From NCBI RefSeq assembly GCF_000829315.1, contig NZ_AP013028.1:360001-392000 (forward strand): DNA of 32,000 nucleotides. Reading direction: 5' to 3'. A program made the translations under genes and the position numbers. The DNA is from Wolbachia endosymbiont of Cimex lectularius. Lineage in GTDB: Bacteria; Pseudomonadota; Alphaproteobacteria; Rickettsiales; Anaplasmataceae. The notes under the pieces are model-generated. The model ran no database searches. It was not told the origin of the DNA and saw only the letters and a program-made list of their open reading frames with translations. Shown here piece by piece: positions 27,859 through 32,000 of the stretch (positions are counted from its first letter, which is position 1; the number at the start of each line of letters is the position of its first letter).

Positions 27859-29811
27859 ATGCATAAATATGATGTAGTGGTAGTAGGTGGCGGTCATGCC
27901 GGGTGTGAAGCAGCTACAGCTACAGCTCGCCTTGGTGCAAGCACACTACTTATAACCCATAAAATTTCAACTATAGGAGAAATGTCCTGCAATCCAGCAA
28001 TTGGGGGAGTTGCAAAAGGTGTTGTAGTCAGAGAAGTTGATGCTCTTGATGGAATAATGGGAAGGGCAGTCGATCAAGCCAGTATACACTCAGTCATTCT
28101 AAATAGCAGCAGAGGCGCAGCAGTGTGGGGACCGCGCGCACAGGCAGATCGAAAATTATACAAGCGAGCAATACAGGAAATTATTCTAAACTATAGTAAT
28201 TTAGCGGTAAAAGAAGAGTCAGTTGACGATTTCCTTATCGAAAGTAATAGCAACGGAAAACCGTGCATTAAAGCTGTAATAACAAGCTCAGGGGAACATA
28301 TATTAACAGGCAAAGTCGTTCTAACTACAGGAACTTTTCTGTGTGGTGTGGTTTATATAGGAGAACAAACAACCCCTTCAGGAAGAATGGGAGATAAGTC
28401 CGCAGTAGGGCTTGCAAATACGCTGAAGAAATACGATTTTAAACTAGGTAGATTGCGCACTGGAACTCCACCGAGACTCGATCGTGGCACTATCAATTGG
28501 CCAGTATTGCAAGAGCAAGTGGGCGACAATCCACCTGCACCGTTTTCTTATCTCACAGAGAAAATTAATCAACCTCAGGTTTCATGTTTCATTACTCATA
28601 CTAATGAAAATACACATAGAATAATTCGAGAGAACCTCCACAGGTCAGCTTCTTCATATTTAGATGATGTTGTTGCACCAAGATACTGCCCGTCTATTGA
28701 AGCTAAAGTTAAAAAATTTATAGAAAAAAATAGTCATCAAATATTCCTAGAACCAGAAGGGCTCGATGATGATACTATATACCCAAATGGAATTTCAAAC
28801 TCATTGCCCATCGAAGTGCAGTGTGAAATGATAAATAGCATCAAGGGGCTTGAAAACGCAGAAATATTAAGACCTGGATATGCGGTTGAGTATGACTATA
28901 TTGATCCACGAGAGCTATTTTATACCCTCGAAACTAAGAAAATTAAAGGTCTATATTTCGCAGGCCAAATTAATGGTACCACTGGATATGAAGAAGCGGC
29001 AGGGCAAGGGATTATTGCCGGAATCAATGCAGCACTCTCTGCATCTGGAAAAAAAGAAAGCTTTGTTCTTCACCGCACAGATTCATATATCGGTGTAATG
29101 ATAGATGATTTGGTCACTAAAGGAGTAACCGAGCCTTATAGATTATTCACCTCACGTGCAGAATATAGGCTAGCAATCAGGTCAGATAATGCGGATAGGA
29201 GGCTCACACAAAAAGGTTATGACATTTCCCTTGTGTCATATGAGAGGTACTCTGTTTTACAGAATAAACTTAAATCCATTAAACAGCTTGAGGAGAAGTT
29301 GGAGAGCCTGAAAATTACTCCTGAGCAGCTCAGGTTCTATGGTATTAAAATATCTTATGATGGCATAAGAAAAACGGCACTAGATCTACTTAGCTATCCC
29401 AATATCGATTGGAACAAATTACAAGAAATATGGCCGGAGTTAAACAGCGTCACACGCTGGAATGACACTAGAATGGATGCAGCTAATACTGGATCCTCTC
29501 CTGTTATCCCAGTGCTTGACACTGGGATCCAGGAAATAATCGAAATCGAAGCAAAATACAAGCCTTACCTAGTAAGACAAGAAGCAGATATGAAGTTTCT
29601 ACGAGAGGAGATTAACACTCAAATTCCAATCAATTTCAACTATTCACAAGTTAAAGGATTGTCAAGTGAGGTAATAGAAAAGTTGCAGACGATAAAGCCA
29701 GCAACGATCGGCGTTGCAAAACAAATACAAGGCATCACTCCAGCAGCGATAGTAAGCATATTGGTGTATTTGAGAAATGGGAAGATAAAAGTAACTGCTA
29801 ATTCTGCGTGA
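27859..29811 (+). CDS. mnmG: tRNA uridine-5-carboxymethylaminomethyl modification enzyme
   Basis: [34 protein letters not shown]...[24 protein letters not shown]...[13 protein letters not shown]...[43 protein letters not shown]. The likely start is the internal ATG at 27859, not the extended ORF start at 27802. Confidence 0.97.
   Translation: MHKYDVVVVGGGHAGCEAATATARLGASTLLITHKISTIGEMSCNPAIGGVAKGVVVREVDALDGIMGRAVDQASIHSVILNSSRGAAVWGPRAQADRKLYKRAIQEIILNYSNLAVKEESVDDFLIESNSNGKPCIKAVITSSGEHILTGKVVLTTGTFLCGVVYIGEQTTPSGRMGDKSAVGLANTLKKYDFKLGRLRTGTPPRLDRGTINWPVLQEQVGDNPPAPFSYLTEKINQPQVSCFITHTNENTHRIIRENLHRSASSYLDDVVAPRYCPSIEAKVKKFIEKNSHQIFLEPEGLDDDTIYPNGISNSLPIEVQCEMINSIKGLENAEILRPGYAVEYDYIDPRELFYTLETKKIKGLYFAGQINGTTGYEEAAGQGIIAGINAALSASGKKESFVLHRTDSYIGVMIDDLVTKGVTEPYRLFTSRAEYRLAIRSDNADRRLTQKGYDISLVSYERYSVLQNKLKSIKQLEEKLESLKITPEQLRFYGIKISYDGIRKTALDLLSYPNIDWNKLQEIWPELNSVTRWNDTRMDAANTGSSPVIPVLDTGIQEIIEIEAKYKPYLVRQEADMKFLREEINTQIPINFNYSQVKGLSSEVIEKLQTIKPATIGVAKQIQGITPAAIVSILVYLRNGKIKVTANSA
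29445..29533. repeat. Palindromic-element insertion within mnmG
   Basis: AGCGTCACACGCTGGAATGACACTAGAATGGATGCAGCTAATACTGGATCCTCTCCTGTTATCCCAGTGCTTGACACTGGGATCCAGG encodes [29 protein letters not shown], between EIWPELN and [19 protein letters not shown]. Confidence 0.85.
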
Positions 29812-29820
29812 GGTAATCTT

Positions 29821-31488
29821 ATGTCCAAAATCGAAGAGTTTCGCTTTTTTATACATGAAATAAATGTTGATGCGTTTATGTTGCATACCAAAGACGAATA
29901 TTTAAATGAGTATTCAGAGGAGCTAACAAAGCTGTGTGGCTTTACAGGAACAAATGGGCTACTTATCGTTACAAAAGACAATAAGTGCCCATTTTTTACG
30001 GATGGACGCTATATCACACAAGCTCGCAATCAGCTCGATCAGGGTAGTTTTCAAGTATATAATATACAAGAAGAGGATCCATGCGAATGGGTAAAAGCAA
30101 ACTTAACATTGACCACCTCACTAGGTTACTATTTGCAATATTTTACCGTAAAAGAGATAAGAAAATATGAAGATATTTATAAATTGGTACCCTATTCAAT
30201 TAAAAAAGAAATTAGTCGTAGAGAACAAACGATAGTTTCGCATACATCCGGTAAAAGTAGTAAGAATAAATGTGAAAAAGTCGCTAAAAGCATAGATAAA
30301 GAAGCTGAGGCAGTGCTTTTGACTGATCCAAATTCAATTTCATGGTTATTAAATTTAAGAAATGAAAATGCTAAATATACTCCATGTATACTAGGCCGCG
30401 CTGTATTATATAAAAGCGGCAATGTTGATTTGTTTGTTCAAGACAAAGAACATTCAACTATAGAAGCAAATTTAGATAACCATATAAACGTTTTTGATGT
30501 CAGTGAACTGGAAAGTTCGCTGTGCAAGCTAAATTCAATAATGATAGATCCAAGCACAACTCCAATGAGTATTATGACTGTAATACAAAATAAGCAGGTA
30601 GTTGAAAGAGAGGATCCTTGCTTGATTCATAAAGCAGTAAAAAATCAAATTGAAATAACTGGGGCTATAAACGCACACATTCGAGATGGAGTAGCAGTTA
30701 CAAATTTTCTATGTTGGCTTGAAAATAATATTGGCAATGAAGTCACTGAACTTAATGCTGAAGAGAAGCTCTTAGAATACAGAAAAGAGCAGGATTTGTT
30801 TAAACAACCAAGTTTTCCAACAATTTCTGCATTTAATGAAAATGGAGCAATCATTCATTACCGTGCAAGCAGTAAAACGAATAAAGCAATTCAGAAAGAT
30901 GGACTGTACTTAATTGATTCTGGTGGTCAATATCTTGACGGCACAACCGATGTTACAAGAACTGTAGCAATTGGCAATCCAACCAGTGAACAGATAGCCC
31001 ACTATACGATAGTACTCAAAGCTCACATTGCTGTGGCAAATGCCGTCTTTCCTCTTGGCACTACTGGTGGCGAATTGGATATCTTGGCACGTATTCACCT
31101 ATGGAAATTTGGAATAGATTACATGCACGGTACAGGACATGGAGTGGGAAGCTATCTATCAGTACACGAAGGACCACAGGCAATATCAAAAGGAAATAAA
31201 GTGAAACTTATGCCAGGGATGATACTCTCCAACGAACCTGGTTATTACATTCCAGGAGAGTATGGAATAAGAATTGAAAACCTGATGTATGTTGAAAGGC
31301 AAGAAAACGGCTTCTTAAACTTTAAACAATTGACCTCTATTCCATATGATAGAAGGCTAATAGATGTGCAAATGCTTGCCCAAGATGAAATTAAGTGGAT
31401 AAATAGCTACCATCAATTTGTCTATGAAAACTTAGAAAATAGTGTCAAAGATAAGAAGTGGTTAAAGGGAGTATGCAGTTCCTTATGA
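29821..31488 (+). CDS. pepP: Xaa-Pro aminopeptidase (M24 family, APP1-like)
   Basis: FLCWLENNIGNEVTELNAEEKL...YLIDSGGQYLDGTTDVTRTVAIG...MHGTGHGVGSYLSVHEGPQAIS...GMILSNEPGYYIPGEYGIRIENL. Confidence 0.92.
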   Translation: MSKIEEFRFFIHEINVDAFMLHTKDEYLNEYSEELTKLCGFTGTNGLLIVTKDNKCPFFTDGRYITQARNQLDQGSFQVYNIQEEDPCEWVKANLTLTTSLGYYLQYFTVKEIRKYEDIYKLVPYSIKKEISRREQTIVSHTSGKSSKNKCEKVAKSIDKEAEAVLLTDPNSISWLLNLRNENAKYTPCILGRAVLYKSGNVDLFVQDKEHSTIEANLDNHINVFDVSELESSLCKLNSIMIDPSTTPMSIMTVIQNKQVVEREDPCLIHKAVKNQIEITGAINAHIRDGVAVTNFLCWLENNIGNEVTELNAEEKLLEYRKEQDLFKQPSFPTISAFNENGAIIHYRASSKTNKAIQKDGLYLIDSGGQYLDGTTDVTRTVAIGNPTSEQIAHYTIVLKAHIAVANAVFPLGTTGGELDILARIHLWKFGIDYMHGTGHGVGSYLSVHEGPQAISKGNKVKLMPGMILSNEPGYYIPGEYGIRIENLMYVERQENGFLNFKQLTSIPYDRRLIDVQMLAQDEIKWINSYHQFVYENLENSVKDKKWLKGVCSSL

Positions 31489-31610
31489 GCGAAAGAGCAG
31501 CCTTTTCATTGTTTAACAAAGTATTAATGTAGCTGCGATGGGCATTTTGTATTGTTTTTAATTTGAGAACGATGTATAATAGAAAATACGTATTTTAAGT
31601 AGGTGTAATT

Positions 31611-31982
31611 ATGACAGATAAAGCGCAAGGCGATGAATTTATGAAGCAGTATATGGATACTTGCAAAGAGCAAATAGAAAAATTAGCCAAGGATCCTGAA
31701 TTGCTTAATCAGACCTTAAAGCCATTCATGCAAATGTCTCAGCAGCTTATGGCTGGTGGTATGTTAGACGGAGCTATGCCTGACATGATACCTAGTTTAG
31801 GTAATATGGATATTAACAAGATGATTACTCAGATGAAGGAGATGATTGACTACATAAAGGGTAATTATAAGGAGCTCATGAAAAAGGATAACTCGCAGAT
31901 TCAAGAACTTGATGAATCCAGTAGAAAACTGAGAGGTTTGGTCAAGAAATTGATAGAAAAGATCGAAAGTAGCAATAGCTGA
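31611..31982 (+). CDS. Small conserved protein of unknown function
   Basis: 123-aa ORF, helical with a Met-rich middle (MQMSQQLMAGGMLDGAMPDMIPSLGNMDINKMITQMKEMIDYIKGNYKELM), preceded by its own intergenic region. Confidence 0.6.
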   Translation: MTDKAQGDEFMKQYMDTCKEQIEKLAKDPELLNQTLKPFMQMSQQLMAGGMLDGAMPDMIPSLGNMDINKMITQMKEMIDYIKGNYKELMKKDNSQIQELDESSRKLRGLVKKLIEKIESSNS

Positions 31983-32000
31983 AGTTGTCAGTAGCGTAGC

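Overview
This is a chromosomal window from an alphaproteobacterial endosymbiont of the Wolbachia (Anaplasmataceae) type. The assignment rests on the 16S rRNA gene standing alone, the gene complement, the IS5-family insertion sequences, and palindromic repeats of the GTCATYCCAGYRCTTGACACTGGGATCCAG type. Supported genes are a broken manC-like gene, a 414-aa uncharacterised membrane-associated protein, sdhD/sdhC, 16S rRNA, a YfgM/TPR-like protein, carB, an addB-like gene, purL, a VUT/YhhQ-like membrane protein, a TolA-like C-terminal protein, rnc, pyrD, pccB, an Rpn/PD-(D/E)XK nuclease, tRNA-Thr(GGT), mutM, pdxH, a small Gly/Ala-rich membrane protein, mnmG, an M24 aminopeptidase and a small conserved protein. 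I found no convincing defence system, toxin-antitoxin module, CRISPR array or prophage module. The most interesting signals are non-coding or repeat-based. (1) At least four copies of a composite ~135-230 bp intergenic repeat share an ordered block structure and TTGGCG...CGCCAA ends. (2) In-frame palindromic-element insertions lie inside addB, purL (two or three) and mnmG. (3) The lone 16S gene is bracketed by a 27-nt near-perfect inverted repeat (a likely precursor-processing stem) with local hairpins and a good promoter. (4) Two direct IS copies flank 9.2 kb: one interrupts the 3' end of manC, the other carries two inactivating changes, and both have a +1 orfA/orfB frame relation.
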